Source of the DNA: Pseudomonadota bacterium
Lineage (GTDB): Bacteria; Pseudomonadota; Gammaproteobacteria; Ga0077536
Length of the DNA: 64,000 nucleotides
NCBI GenBank assembly: GCA_036339995.1
Contig: JAYYZW010000119.1
Coordinates: 691 to 64,690 of the forward strand
Direction: 5' to 3'
The notes beneath the pieces were generated by a model that was not told the origin of the DNA, did no database searches, and saw only the letters and a list, made by a program, of their open reading frames with translations. This document shows positions 36,831 through 47,618 of the stretch, piece after piece; the stretch's first letter is position 1; each line of letters begins with the position of its first letter. The position numbers were made by a program, and so were the translations under genes.

Positions 36831-37535
36831 ACAAAGCTTCACCATTCCTAGTGATAATTCACGCTCGATCGAATGCATCGTGATCGGCTCCGAAGAATGC
36901 CCGGCGGCGGGATTGACGACGAGCGAGAGATTAGCGTAATCAATGCCGAGTTCGCGTGCGAGCGCGGCTTCCGGCATGCCAGTCATGCCGACGATGGTGC
37001 AGCCGTCTCGCTGCAGGCGATCGATCTCCGCAGCGGTTTCGAGGCGCGGCCCCTGTGTCGTGGCGTATACCCCCGAGTCGAGCACTCTGACATCCGCCGA
37101 TGCCGCGGCCGCGACGAGTTTGACCCGTAGCGCGGAGGAATAGGGTTGAGCGAAGTCCACATGCTCCGGCTGCGACTGTGAGCCGTCGAAAAAGGTATGT
37201 TCGCGATCGCTGGTGTAATCGATCAACTGATCCGGGATGACAACGACTCCGGGTATGGCCTCGGCCGCGATACCGCCGACGGCCGCCGTGGCGACGATTG
37301 CTTCGGCGCCTAAATCGGCGAGCACCCCGATGTTTGCTCGATAATTGATTCGGTGAGGCGGCAGCTGATGCCCCGGGCCGTGCCGCGGCAGGAACAACAA
37401 TTCGACGCCGTTGAGCATGCCGGATGTCACGGCGTCCGACGGCCTGCCCCAGGCGGTCATTATGCGGTGCGACTGGCCTGGTTCGAGCCCGGTTACTTCG
37501 TCGAGACCGCTACCGCCGATGACCGCGAGCTTCAT
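36795..37535 (-). CDS. mtnP: S-methyl-5'-thioadenosine phosphorylase (purine nucleoside phosphorylase family 2)
   Basis: 246 aa. MKLAVIGGSG ... TTVGMTGMPEAALARE, typical of MTAP. Confidence 0.85.
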   Translation of the reverse strand: MKLAVIGGSGLDEVTGLEPGQSHRIMTAWGRPSDAVTSGMLNGVELLFLPRHGPGHQLPPHRINYRANIGVLADLGAEAIVATAAVGGIAAEAIPGVVVIPDQLIDYTSDREHTFFDGSQSQPEHVDFAQPYSSALRVKLVAAAASADVRVLDSGVYATTQGPRLETAAEIDRLQRDGCTIVGMTGMPEAALARELGIDYANLSLVVNPAAGHSSEPITMHSIERELSLGMVKLCSIIDALTRKLT

Positions 37536-38095
37536 GCGGTCGGCTTGACGGCGAATATCCCGGCCGCATTGCGTAAATAAGTCTTGTAATCCATGCCGAA
37601 TCCAAAGAGGTACTCGTCGGGCAGTACCAGCCCGGAAAAATCCGTAGACTCAAGCCCCGCGCGTTTGCTGACATCCTTGCTTACCAACACGGCTGTCAAC
37701 ACTTCTGCCGCACCCAGACGCTCGCATTCGCCCACCACCGCCGCGAGCGTTAGACCGCGATCCAGCACGTCGTCAATCACGAGTACGGTCCGTCCTTTGA
37801 CCGCCTCGGGCGGTTTCTTGATCCACCGTAGTTCGCCGCCCGTCGTATCCATGCCATAGCGCGTCAGGTGCGTATAGTCGACTTGCAGCGGGAATTCGAG
37901 GCGCTGCAGAAGCATCGTCAGGGGAACGACGCCACCTGTCATTATGGCGAGCAGCAACGGATTTGTCTGGCTCAGATTTTCAGTGATCGCGCGTGCCATA
38001 TGGTCGACGGCGGCGTTGATTTCCTCGGGAGCAGCCAGGCGGCGCGCGTTTGCACGCACCTCACTCAGTTCGGGGGGGATACCTGGCTCATTCAT
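37532..38095 (-). CDS. hpt: hypoxanthine-guanine phosphoribosyltransferase
   Basis: Start at internal ATG 38095 (MNEPGIPPE...). PRPP-binding motif VLVIDDVLDRGLTL. ATGA overlap with mtnP. Confidence 0.75.
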   Translation of the reverse strand: MNEPGIPPELSEVRANARRLAAPEEINAAVDHMARAITENLSQTNPLLLAIMTGGVVPLTMLLQRLEFPLQVDYTHLTRYGMDTTGGELRWIKKPPEAVKGRTVLVIDDVLDRGLTLAAVVGECERLGAAEVLTAVLVSKDVSKRAGLESTDFSGLVLPDEYLFGFGMDYKTYLRNAAGIFAVKPTA

Positions 38096-39014
38096 CGCAT
38101 TGCCGTAGTGCCGTGCGACCCGCCCAGTCACGGGCGAACTGATAAGCCGAGCGGCCGCTTCGAGATCCATGAAGCAGTGCCCATTGCAGCGCAGCCTCGC
38201 GTATGGCTTCGCGGTCTAGCGAATCGGCGCCGAGGACTTCCAGCCAATGCATGGCGATGTCCAGGTATTTCTCCTGGTTTAGCGGATGAAAAGAAAGCCA
38301 CATACCGAACCGTTCTGACAGCGAGATCTTTTCTTCCACCGCCTCCGCCTGATGCAGTTCTCCGTCGACGATTCGAGTGCGCAGATTGTCATCCTGATGT
38401 TCCGGCATGAGATGACGGCGATTGGAAGTCGCATAGATTACGATGTTCTCCGGTGTGTCCAGTATCGATCCATCAAGTACCGTTTTGAGCGCGCGGTAGG
38501 TGGCATCGTTTTCGTCAAACGAAAGATCGTCGCAATAGATTACGTAGCGTGATTCGGTGTCGTGCAGGCGGTCGACGATATCGGGCAGATCCGTCAAATC
38601 AAGGCGATCGACTTCGACCAAACGGAGCCCCTCGGATGCATAATCGTTCAACAGGGCTTTTACCAGCGATGACTTCCCCGTACCCCGTGGGCCCCATAAA
38701 AGGGCGTTATTAGCAGGCAGTCCGGAGAGGAATTGTCGCGTATTGCGCACCAGGGCATCTTTCTGCTGGTCAATGTGCAGCAAATCCGCGAGCGCGACGG
38801 GATTGAAGCGAGTAATCGCCTGCAGCCGGCCACTACGGCCGTTCGTCCTCCAGCGCCAGGCGATCGCACCTTCCAATTCCTCGGTGTCAGTTTGAGGTAA
38901 CAATTGCTCGAGTCGATCGATGAGGTATTCGGCCCGCTCGAAAAACTTGTCTGCCTTATTCAATTCAACGATCCGGGAAATAAAAACGGGAGCTATTCTA
39001 CTTGATCGACACAA
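38088..39014 (-). CDS. AAA+ ATPase of the DUF815 family
   Basis: Walker A GPRGTGKSS and Walker B VIYCDDLSF. 8-nt overlap with hpt. Start uncertain (TTG at 39014 or 38963). Confidence 0.7.
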   Translation of the reverse strand: MCRSSRIAPVFISRIVELNKADKFFERAEYLIDRLEQLLPQTDTEELEGAIAWRWRTNGRSGRLQAITRFNPVALADLLHIDQQKDALVRNTRQFLSGLPANNALLWGPRGTGKSSLVKALLNDYASEGLRLVEVDRLDLTDLPDIVDRLHDTESRYVIYCDDLSFDENDATYRALKTVLDGSILDTPENIVIYATSNRRHLMPEHQDDNLRTRIVDGELHQAEAVEEKISLSERFGMWLSFHPLNQEKYLDIAMHWLEVLGADSLDREAIREAALQWALLHGSRSGRSAYQFARDWAGRTALRQCDE

Positions 39015-39109
39015 GGCGTGAGTTCGAGCCGTGCTAATCTGAGACCGTGGATTCGGCGGGAGGTCGGCGCGGGGGCACCGGTCAGGCTGGTGTCACTCCG
39101 GCGCTTTAC

Positions 39110-39793
39110 TTACGAAACCATCGCGACCGGGCCGTCGATGGCGGCCTCGCGATTCAAGGTGCGGGTCAATTGGATTTCAAATCGCTTCTTGTAGTTCAAC
39201 AGGTCTAAGGGTCTCAGTGACTGGGCGCCAATTTGTTGTATGAAGCGGGTCGAAAGGTCAAGGTCGGTGATGTAGATGCGGTAACAATTACCATTGCGGC
39301 GCCGCGCTTGAACGTATTCCGCAACCTCGAAGAACAGCGAACCACCATGCTCCCAGGTCGAAAATCCCCTGTTATTGCAATAAATGGTGAACTGCTGATG
39401 ACCACTCGAATCGGCGTCCGCAAGAACCTGCAGAGAGAGGTGGACCGAAGTCGCGGCCAGATCATCAAAGTAGGGTTTCAATTGAACATTGCGATTATTG
39501 GGTATGATTTCAACCGTATCGATCGCTATTTTATCAATGGAATCCCCATCTCCAGGCGACCCGGAGCAAGGTGGGAGGGCTGATTCCAGAAACCGACGGT
39601 AGTGCTGTAAAAGTGCAGTGATCGAATAGCATTCCTGCAACTGAACCAGGAGGACGCCGCGTTCATCCAGCACGTAAACGTCGGCCCGCCGTGGCCGGTC
39701 TCTGTTGTTTGCCAGGAAGCGCTTCTCAGTGATTGGGACAGCAGCGGTTCGGGATTTTTTCGCATTCATCCTCATGCCGCCTAATAGCGGCAC
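39110..39793 (-). CDS. hypothetical protein
   Basis: 227 aa ORF upstream of, and on the same strand as, the DUF815 ATPase. No signal peptide. No confident family assignment. Confidence 0.45.
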   Translation of the reverse strand: MPLLGGMRMNAKKSRTAAVPITEKRFLANNRDRPRRADVYVLDERGVLLVQLQECYSITALLQHYRRFLESALPPCSGSPGDGDSIDKIAIDTVEIIPNNRNVQLKPYFDDLAATSVHLSLQVLADADSSGHQQFTIYCNNRGFSTWEHGGSLFFEVAEYVQARRRNGNCYRIYITDLDLSTRFIQQIGAQSLRPLDLLNYKKRFEIQLTRTLNREAAIDGPVAMVS

Positions 39794-40089
39794 GGCGTGC
39801 GATTTCTCCAGTGCGCAAGGGCTTCGGCCACGTTGTTTCGGCGCTCACGGGCTACCCGGATAATCCCTGCAAATTCAAAGTGTTTGGATTGTATCCGGTG
39901 GAACAATCGTAGATAATTCCAAGCGGCGTTTCGTTGCGCCCGACCTTGAACCGCAATCGGACAAATCGCAGAATTCGTTGTGAATTTGCGTGGAACGTCG
40001 GAATTCTCTCGTGATCGTCACGGCGGGTCAGGCGGTCACCACCGCAAATCCGCGGCCATCATGACCGAACCGGAGGACGGCACACTAAA

Positions 40090-41346
40090 ATGTTTTCCCG
40101 CACCGAGATAATTGCTGATTTCGACCCGGATCTTGCACACGCACTGAACGACGAACGAAAGCGCCAGGAGACGCACATCGAACTCATCGCATCCGAAAAT
40201 TACGCGAGTCCCCGAGTGCTTGAGGCTGCGGCGACGGTTTTGACCAACAAGTACGCGGAAGGTTATCCCGGCAAGCGTTATTACGGTGGCTGCGAACATG
40301 TCGACGTTGTGGAACAACTGGCGATCGACCGCGCCATGGAATTATTCGACGCGGCCTACGCCAATGTGCAACCGCACTCCGGTTCGCAGGCCAACGGTGC
40401 GGTTTATCTCGCCATGCTCGAGCCTGGCGACACGGTGCTCGGCATGAGTCTGGCCGACGGTGGTCACCTGACCCACGGCGCCTCCGTCAATTTTTCGGGC
40501 CGGATTTATCGCTCGGTGCAATATGGGTTGAATGCAGATACCGGTGAAATCGATTATGACGAAGTCGTGAAACTCGCCCGTGAACATAAACCCGCCATGA
40601 TCATGACGGGCTTCTCCGCTTATTCCAGGGTCGTGGACTGGGCACGGTTTCGCGAAATCGCCGATGAAGTCGGCGCGTATCTCGTTTCGGATATCGCGCA
40701 TGTAGCGGGGTTGGTCGCTACGGGTTTGTACCCTTCTCCGATCGACCTGGCCGACATGACGACCACGACGACGCACAAGACCCTACGTGGCCCACGCAGC
40801 GGTTTGATCCTTGGACGGCCGAACGAGGAATTGGAGAAGAAGGTCAATTCCGCAGTCTTTCCCGGCCTGCAGGGTGGTCCGTTAATGCACATTATCGCGG
40901 CGAAGGCCGTGGCCTTAAAGGAAGCGATGGCGCCCGGCTTTCTGGCCTATCAGGAGCAGGTGATTACAAACGCACGCGCGATGGCGGGCACGTTCATGAG
41001 CCGGTCGTACAAGGTCGTCTCAGGGGGCACGGACAATCATCTGTTTCTCGTCGATTTAGTGGCCAAGGATATGACCGGCAAGGCCGCCGACGCAGCACTC
41101 GGGGCCGCGCATATCACAGTGAATAAAAATGCCGTGCCCAACGATCCGCAATCCCCGTTCGTCACGAGCGGCATACGAATCGGGACGCCGGCGATGACAA
41201 CCAGAGGTTTCGGTGAAAGCGATGCGACGGAGGTCGCGGGTTGGATGTGCGACATACTAGATTCCATCGACGACGAAAACGTAATCATGGGTGTGCGCAG
41301 CAAAGTAGAAGAAATCTGCGCGCAGCACCCGGTGTATGGCGATTAA
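40090..41346 (+). CDS. glyA: serine hydroxymethyltransferase
   Basis: 418 aa. PLP-site motif [12 protein letters not shown]. Confidence 0.95.
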   Translation: MFSRTEIIADFDPDLAHALNDERKRQETHIELIASENYASPRVLEAAATVLTNKYAEGYPGKRYYGGCEHVDVVEQLAIDRAMELFDAAYANVQPHSGSQANGAVYLAMLEPGDTVLGMSLADGGHLTHGASVNFSGRIYRSVQYGLNADTGEIDYDEVVKLAREHKPAMIMTGFSAYSRVVDWARFREIADEVGAYLVSDIAHVAGLVATGLYPSPIDLADMTTTTTHKTLRGPRSGLILGRPNEELEKKVNSAVFPGLQGGPLMHIIAAKAVALKEAMAPGFLAYQEQVITNARAMAGTFMSRSYKVVSGGTDNHLFLVDLVAKDMTGKAADAALGAAHITVNKNAVPNDPQSPFVTSGIRIGTPAMTTRGFGESDATEVAGWMCDILDSIDDENVIMGVRSKVEEICAQHPVYGD

Positions 41347-41393
41347 TTGGAACCTATCTCATTCAGATAGGTTCTAGACTGCGGTTGAAGTGA

Positions 41394-41912
41394 ATGCATT
41401 GCCCATTTTGTGAACATTCCGATACCCGGGTAATTGATTCCCGACTTCTCGGTGACGGGGATCAAATCCGCCGGCGCCGCGAATGCCAGAGTTGTAAAGC
41501 GCGATTTACGACTTACGAAACGGCTGAACTAAGCCTTCCCAGAATTATCAAAAGCGATGGTCGCCGCGAGACTTTCAACGATGGAAAACTCCGCAGCGGT
41601 ATTTTGAAGGCGCTCGAAAAACGACCCGTACCAACGGAGCGCGTCGAAGACGCGATCAATCAGGTTAAGCGCCGCATACGTGAAAGTGGTGAACGTGAAA
41701 TCGATGCCGTCAAGATCGGTGAACTCGTCATGAATGCCCTGCGAGGCCTAGATCACGTGGCCTACGTGCGCTTCGCCTCCGTGTATAGGAGTTTCGAGGA
41801 CGTACGCGCCTTCCTCGAAGAGATAGAGCAACTCGAAAACGAACTGCCGCCCAATCTTCGCGATCAACAACTCGAATTGTTGAAAGCGGAAAAACCCAAG
41901 AAACCCCGCTGA
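41394..41912 (+). CDS. nrdR: transcriptional repressor NrdR
   Basis: [17 protein letters not shown] zinc ribbon plus an ATP-cone domain. Confidence 0.9.
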   Translation: MHCPFCEHSDTRVIDSRLLGDGDQIRRRRECQSCKARFTTYETAELSLPRIIKSDGRRETFNDGKLRSGILKALEKRPVPTERVEDAINQVKRRIRESGEREIDAVKIGELVMNALRGLDHVAYVRFASVYRSFEDVRAFLEEIEQLENELPPNLRDQQLELLKAEKPKKPR

Positions 41913-41936
41913 AACATTTCACCGGCGGAGCGCCGC

Positions 41937-43052
41937 ATGCATGACACCCAGGACGAGCACTACATGGCGATCGCGCTCGAACTCGCGCGCGGCGGTCTTT
42001 ATTCGGCTGCACCAAATCCGCGCGTCGGATGCGTGCTGGTCAACGACGGCGTCGAAATCGGCCGCGGTTATCATCGCCGAGCGGGTGAGGCGCACGCGGA
42101 AATCGAGGCGCTTACGAAGGCCGACGGCGATCCCCGTGGCGCGACCGCGTATGTGTCCCTGGAACCATGCAACCATGTCGGACGCACCCCGCCCTGTACC
42201 GAAGCCCTGCTCGACGCCGGTATTGCGCGCGTCGTCTACGCCGCAACCGATCCCAATCCCAGCGTGAACGGCCGCGGCGCCGAGCGCCTCCGAAATGCGG
42301 GCATCGAAGTGCTCGGAGGCGTTCAAAGCGACGAAGCGGCCGCGCTCAACCGTGGGTTTTTTTCACGGATGCAAGATGGGCGTCCGTTTGTTCGTGTCAA
42401 AATCGCCATGAGCATGGATGCCTGTGTCGCGCTCGAGAACGGCGAGAGCCAGTGGATAACAGGTGAGCAGGCGCGCGCCGATGTACATCGCTTGCGAGCG
42501 GAGTCCTGTGCCATCGTGACGGGGATCGGCACGGTACTGACAGACGATCCATTGCTGAATGTCCGTGATCAGCGCTACGAATTACACGGCCGCCATCCAC
42601 GGCGAGTCGTTCTGGACAATCGGTTGCGTATGCCGGTGAACGCACGCATGTTATCGCTCGCAGGCGAGACGTGGATCTTTCACGGCGAAGGTGGAGCTGA
42701 AACGGCGCCTAGATTGTCGAATAAAGGCGCGCGCATCGAGGCCATTGCGTCCCACGAGGGACGCATCGATATTGGGAGGTTGCTGGCGCGTCTGGGCGAA
42801 CTCGAGATCAATGAACTCATGGTCGAAGCCGGACCAACCTTGACCAGTGCTTTCATTACCGAAGGTCAATTCGACGAACTCGTTATTTACGTTGCGCCGA
42901 AGCTGCTCGGCAGATCGGGGCGCCGCGCGCTGGAAGTCGAATCCCCTGCCAATCTGGTCCGGGCCAGGCAGTTTGACCTTGTGTCCTGCGAACCAATCGG
43001 CGATGACGTACGATGGATCCTGCGACCAGAGCCGGGCCGGCACCAAGGCTAA
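41937..43052 (+). CDS. ribD: bifunctional riboflavin biosynthesis deaminase/reductase
   Basis: DEHYMAIALELA...HAEIEAL...PCNHVGRTPPC deaminase domain plus a C-terminal reductase domain. Confidence 0.9.
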   Translation: MHDTQDEHYMAIALELARGGLYSAAPNPRVGCVLVNDGVEIGRGYHRRAGEAHAEIEALTKADGDPRGATAYVSLEPCNHVGRTPPCTEALLDAGIARVVYAATDPNPSVNGRGAERLRNAGIEVLGGVQSDEAAALNRGFFSRMQDGRPFVRVKIAMSMDACVALENGESQWITGEQARADVHRLRAESCAIVTGIGTVLTDDPLLNVRDQRYELHGRHPRRVVLDNRLRMPVNARMLSLAGETWIFHGEGGAETAPRLSNKGARIEAIASHEGRIDIGRLLARLGELEINELMVEAGPTLTSAFITEGQFDELVIYVAPKLLGRSGRRALEVESPANLVRARQFDLVSCEPIGDDVRWILRPEPGRHQG

Positions 43053-43072
43053 CAGCGGTTGATTTAGCAAAC

Positions 43073-43693
43073 ATGTTTACGGGAATTATCGAAGCGACCG
43101 GCACCGTCGCACAGATGCAAGCAAGGGGCGACGCCATGCGCCTGCGCATCGATGCGGGTTCATTCGACTTGAGCGACGTCGCGCTCGGCGATTCGATTGC
43201 GGTTTCAGGTCCCTGCCTGACCGTCGTCGAGGTCTCCGCCGCGACCTTCGAGGTGGATGTATCGGCAGAGACGCTGGCGCGTACGACTCTCGGTCGGAAA
43301 CGCCCCGGCGATGACGTCAACCTCGAAAAAGCCCTGCGCTTGAGCGATCGCCTCGGCGGCCACCTCGTGAGTGGGCACATTGATGGAATCGGCACCGTGA
43401 CACGCCGTGAGTCGCGTGACGATTACGTTCGATTCGTGACGCAGGTGTCGCCCGAGGTCGCTGCCTATATCGCTTTCAAGGGATCGATTAGCATGGACGG
43501 CGTTAGTCTCACCGTGAACGATACCGGCGATGCCTGCTTCGAAGTGTTGATCATCCCGCACACACTCGAGCGTACGACGCTGGGATCCTTGGGCGAAAGC
43601 GATCTCGTCAATATCGAGGTTGATCTGATCGCCCGATACGTCGAGCGCTTTGTCAGCACGTCGAAGATCGGGAATGCCGGGAGGGAGGCGTAA
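43073..43693 (+). CDS. ribE: riboflavin synthase (alpha chain)
   Basis: Start at internal ATG 43073 (MFTGIIEATGTV...). Two lumazine-binding repeats. Confidence 0.85.
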   Translation: MFTGIIEATGTVAQMQARGDAMRLRIDAGSFDLSDVALGDSIAVSGPCLTVVEVSAATFEVDVSAETLARTTLGRKRPGDDVNLEKALRLSDRLGGHLVSGHIDGIGTVTRRESRDDYVRFVTQVSPEVAAYIAFKGSISMDGVSLTVNDTGDACFEVLIIPHTLERTTLGSLGESDLVNIEVDLIARYVERFVSTSKIGNAGREA

Positions 43694-43840
43694 CGCTTGA
43701 GCGTGTCATCGACAGCGGCGCCTCCAAGCGAAGCTAAAAGGCGGATTGCCGCCGCGTATTCACATGCGAACAGGCGCGAGATGGCCCGATTCGCAATACG
43801 GACGATATAATCGCACGATCACAAAGGCGTAATCGCTGCG

Positions 43841-44950
43841 ATGTCACTCAATACGACAAAGGAACTTATAGACGAGATTAGCGCCGGCCAGATGGTCATC
43901 ATCATGGACGACGAGGATCGCGAGAATGAAGGTGATTTCGTCGTTGCCGCCGCGCACTGCACGGCCGAGCACATCAATTTCATGGCGCGGCACGGCCGCG
44001 GCCTGATCTGCATGACCTTGACGGAAGAACGCTGCCGGCGTCTCAACCTGCCGTTGATGGTTCAGGATACTTTCTATACCCATCGTACGAACTTCACCGT
44101 TTCGATCGAGGCCGCGCAAGGGGTTACGACGGGCATCTCAGCGGGGGATAGGGCGCGCACGGTACAAGCAGCCGTTGCTCCTGATGCGGTCGTTTCCGAC
44201 CTGGTCCAACCCGGGCATATTTTTCCGCTGATGGCGCAGTCGGGCGGTGTGCTGACGCGAGCCGGGCATACTGAAGCGGGGTGCGACCTCGCCCGACTCG
44301 CAGGGTTCGAGCCGGCGGCCGTCATCGTCGAGATTCTCAACGACGACGGTACGATGGCGCGGCGACCCGACCTCGAACAAATCGCGCAGGAGTTCGATCT
44401 CAAGATCGGAACGATCGCCGACTTGATACGATTTCGGATCGAAAATGAAAAAACGGTCAATCGCGTGGCGGATTCAGAGTTGCCGACGGAGTTCGGCAAT
44501 TTCCATCTGTACGCTTATCAGGATGCCATTCGCGGCGATGTGCACATGGCCATGGTCAAGGGCATCATCGATGCGGACAGACCAACCTTGGTTCGGGTGC
44601 ACATCTACAATCCGTTCGACGATCTCACGGCGAGCGTCCGTCAGGACGCCGGCTGGCCGTTGCGGGATGCGCTACGTCGCGTGAATGAAGCAGGCGAAGG
44701 CGTGATCGTCGTACTCAGCAATCAGGTCACGAACGAGGACCTGTTGAGGCAGATTGGGCGGTTTCGAGAAGAAAACGAGGGATCGGCCGAACGGCCGCGA
44801 GACAACAAGCCGATGGATTGGCGTCAATTCGGACTCGGTGCGCAGATTCTGGTCGACCTTGGCGTACGCAAAATGCGGGTCATGAGTAATCCGCGCAAGT
44901 ATCATGCGATCTCCGGCTTCGGCCTCGAAGTCGTCGAATATGTAGCCTGA
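43841..44950 (+). CDS. ribBA: bifunctional 3,4-dihydroxy-2-butanone-4-phosphate synthase / GTP cyclohydrolase II-like
   Basis: N-terminal DHBP synthase domain ([11 protein letters not shown]). C-terminal GTP cyclohydrolase II-like domain. Confidence 0.85.
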   Translation: MSLNTTKELIDEISAGQMVIIMDDEDRENEGDFVVAAAHCTAEHINFMARHGRGLICMTLTEERCRRLNLPLMVQDTFYTHRTNFTVSIEAAQGVTTGISAGDRARTVQAAVAPDAVVSDLVQPGHIFPLMAQSGGVLTRAGHTEAGCDLARLAGFEPAAVIVEILNDDGTMARRPDLEQIAQEFDLKIGTIADLIRFRIENEKTVNRVADSELPTEFGNFHLYAYQDAIRGDVHMAMVKGIIDADRPTLVRVHIYNPFDDLTASVRQDAGWPLRDALRRVNEAGEGVIVVLSNQVTNEDLLRQIGRFREENEGSAERPRDNKPMDWRQFGLGAQILVDLGVRKMRVMSNPRKYHAISGFGLEVVEYVA

Positions 44951-44963
44951 CAGGTACGGGACA

Positions 44964-45437
44964 ATGCCAGATGCAACCATTATCGAAGGTCAACTCGTGC
45001 TCAAGGCCGAAGCGAACATTGCGATCATCTGCGCACGCTTCAATAGTTTTATCGTCGAGCAGCTCGAATCCGGGTGTATCGACGCGCTGCGTCGCCATGG
45101 TGTTGCCGGCGAACACCTTACCGTGGTGCGGACCCCTGGCGCTTTCGAAATACCATTGGTCGCGCAAAAGCTCGCTGGATCGGGCAAATATGACGCCGTG
45201 ATTGCGCTCGGTTGCGTCATTCGCGGATCCACTGCTCATTTCGAACATATCAGCGGTGTCTGTTCACGCGGACTTGCGGCGGCGGCCCGCGATACCGGCG
45301 TTCCGGTCGTGTTCGGCGTGCTGACGACGAATAACATTGAACAGGCGATTGAACGGGCGGGTACGAAAGCGGGAAACAAAGGCGCGGATGCTGCGGTGGC
45401 GGCCATCGAAATGATCTCGTTGATGCGGCAACTGTAG
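44964..45437 (+). CDS. ribH: 6,7-dimethyl-8-ribityllumazine synthase
   Basis: 157 aa. [18 protein letters not shown]. Confidence 0.9.
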   Translation: MPDATIIEGQLVLKAEANIAIICARFNSFIVEQLESGCIDALRRHGVAGEHLTVVRTPGAFEIPLVAQKLAGSGKYDAVIALGCVIRGSTAHFEHISGVCSRGLAAAARDTGVPVVFGVLTTNNIEQAIERAGTKAGNKGADAAVAAIEMISLMRQL

Positions 45438-45439
45438 CA

Positions 45440-45883
45440 ATGGCCGCTCGGGGAGGACATCGCGCACGGATCCGCGCCCGCAGATGCGCCGTGCAGGCCC
45501 TGTATCAATGGCAGATCGCTGGCCACGAACCTTGCGATATCCTCACCGAATTCGTGGCCGAGCGCGAACTCATCAGGGTGGACATGGATTATTTCGCAAT
45601 ACTCGTATCGGAAATTCCCACCCAGTTCGATACGCTGCAGGCCGATCTTCAGTCTTGTCTGGATCGTGATTGGAAACAACTCGATCCTGTAGAACGCAGC
45701 GTTCTGCTGATCGGCGCATACGAGATGCGAAACTGTCCCGAGGTTCCTTATCGCGTGGTCATCAACGAAGGCGTCGAGCTGTGCAAGATGTTCGGCACGG
45801 TTGAGGGACATCGATATGTCAACGGTGTACTCGACAAGTTGGCGAAGGACCGACGAACACCGGAAATCGCCTCAACAGAATAA
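45440..45883 (+). CDS. nusB: transcription antitermination factor NusB
   Basis: 147 aa. ARRCAVQALYQW motif. Confidence 0.9.
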   Translation: MAARGGHRARIRARRCAVQALYQWQIAGHEPCDILTEFVAERELIRVDMDYFAILVSEIPTQFDTLQADLQSCLDRDWKQLDPVERSVLLIGAYEMRNCPEVPYRVVINEGVELCKMFGTVEGHRYVNGVLDKLAKDRRTPEIASTE

Positions 45884-45907
45884 ACCGAAACCCGTCGTTT
45901 TTAGCCC

Positions 45908-46867
45908 ATGGATGAGTTCGACCTCATCAAACGATATTTCCAAGCGCTGGAATCCGCGCGCGGCGATGTAAATATCGGTATCGGGGACGACACCGCAATC
46001 GTCGCATGGGATTCAGCGGATGACATGGCGATCGCCGTCGATACCCTTGTCGAAGGCGTCCATTTTCCGGCCGGCACGGCGGCCGACGCGGTCGGCTACA
46101 AGGCCGTGGCCGTCAATCTCAGCGATTTCGCCGCGATGGGTGCAATGCCGCGCTATGCGACGCTCGCCCTGACTCTTCCGCGGGCGGACGCCGATTGGCT
46201 CCAGGCGTTCGCGAATGGAATGAATAAGGCCTTGGTGGACGCCGACACGGTGCTTGTCGGTGGGGATACGACACGCGGCCCGTTGACGGTCACGGTACAA
46301 CTCGTGGGTCAATGCGAGGGTGCGCCGATGACGCGTGCGGGAGCCGAGCCCGACGACGTGATCCTGGTATCAGGAAGTCTGGGTGACGCGCGTGCGGGGC
46401 TCAACCTGCTGCGCGGCAATAGGTTTCCGGCTAGCGACGACGAGTGTGAACTGATTCGACGATTTCTGCGGCCCGAGGCCCGCCTCGAGCTCGGCCGCGT
46501 CTGTCGGATACACGCGCATGCGGCCATCGATATTTCCGATGGATTGCTCGCCGATGTGGCTCACGTCATGGCGGCCAGCGCTTGTCGCGCGGAACTTGAA
46601 ATCGAGGCGCTTCCACTCTCCACGGCCCTTGTAACTACCGTCGAACGTAGACGCGCCATGCAATATGCAACGGCGGGTGGTGACGATTATGAATTGGCCT
46701 TGTGCGTGCCGCCGACGGCTCTCGAACGCGTCCTGGAGGAAGCGGATCGAATCGCCGTGCCATTGACATCGATCGGGCGCGTAGTCGTGGGTGAGGGCGT
46801 TATCTGCCGCGACGCCGACGGTGCGGACGTAACGCCGCGCGCGAAGGGATACGTCCATTTCGACTGA
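45908..46867 (+). CDS. thiL: thiamine-monophosphate kinase
   Basis: 319 aa, AIR-synthase-related fold (GDDTAIV...VNLSDFAAMGA). Confidence 0.85.
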   Translation: MDEFDLIKRYFQALESARGDVNIGIGDDTAIVAWDSADDMAIAVDTLVEGVHFPAGTAADAVGYKAVAVNLSDFAAMGAMPRYATLALTLPRADADWLQAFANGMNKALVDADTVLVGGDTTRGPLTVTVQLVGQCEGAPMTRAGAEPDDVILVSGSLGDARAGLNLLRGNRFPASDDECELIRRFLRPEARLELGRVCRIHAHAAIDISDGLLADVAHVMAASACRAELEIEALPLSTALVTTVERRRAMQYATAGGDDYELALCVPPTALERVLEEADRIAVPLTSIGRVVVGEGVICRDADGADVTPRAKGYVHFD

Positions 46868-46896
46868 CAAAAGCCGCCCTTCATGCAATAGGCGGT

Positions 46897-47418
46897 CTAG
46901 AGCTGAACGAAACCCGCGGACTTTAGTCGTTCGATCTCGTCGGGCCCATAGGGGACGAACTCGATAAACGGTGGGACTTCCGATTCCTCGAGGCCGAGAT
47001 TCGCGGCGGAGGCGGCACACATCTTAAAATCAAAAAGGTCGAAAGCATCGAGTTTTGCCGCGAGGTCGACGATGTTCTGATATTTCGAATAATTCCGGGA
47101 CGAGAAAAAATCGATGTCGGGGCCGTGAAGCACGAGCACGACTTTGAGGCTCGCGCGTTCGGCGACGTACGTTTCTTCATAAATCATGTAGGCGCGATCG
47201 AGCAGCGCGAAAAATTCATCCGTGCGGTGTCCGATGACGTCGAAATATAGCTTGGCTTAACTGGCCGGCGCGGGCACGGCAGTCTCCGACGGCGCCTGCG
47301 GTAACCGAATCGCGGCGGTGTCGGGCGCCTCGTCCTCGGATGCGGTAAGAAACAGCAACATGAGAACGACGGCAGCGAATGCCGCTGTCACGACGAGGGT
47401 TTTCAAGACTGGGTTCAT
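46897..47418 (-). pseudogene. DsrE/DsrF/TusC-like sulfur-relay family protein with N-terminal signal/TM segment, interrupted by an in-frame TAA
   Basis: ATG at 47418 encodes MNPVLKTLVVTAAFAAVVLMLLFL...PAS (53 aa), then TAA at 47257-47259. The same frame continues as AKLYFDVIGH...KVVLVLHGPDIDFF...FKMCAASAANLGL... through 46897. This part resembles the middle and C-terminal regions of TusC/DsrF, including a CAAS motif. Only an internal ATG (MIYEE, 47187) could otherwise start the domain. Confidence 0.35.
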
Positions 47419-47618
47419 GGCTGTCGGCGAAACTATCCTGGCGGGGCGCGATTGGGCGGCTCCGGGACATCCATTTTATTGTTAAAAGTTGCGGTTACGA
47501 ATGGCTTGCCGTTCCAGCAGCCGGATCGTTCCACATCTCCCTAGCTACTGATAGGTATATACTGCCGGACGTCTCATATGGTGGGTGGTGTGTGCACGTG
47601 GTGGCGGCGACGGCGAGC

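Noticed and set aside
39794-40089. 296-bp region upstream of glyA examined for a ZTP riboswitch, a tRNA or a small RNA.
   Set aside because: No conserved ZTP motifs and no tRNA-like T-loop or anticodon structure. It is likely just the promoter and leader.
43694-43840. Possible FMN riboswitch upstream of ribBA.
   Set aside because: Hairpins are present, but the conserved FMN-aptamer blocks are not recognisable. It cannot be called from sequence alone.
47216-47470. 84-aa minus-strand ORF 47216..47470.
   Set aside because: The co-located frame containing the signal-peptide ORF continuous with the DsrE-like domain is far more coherent. This one reads as noise.
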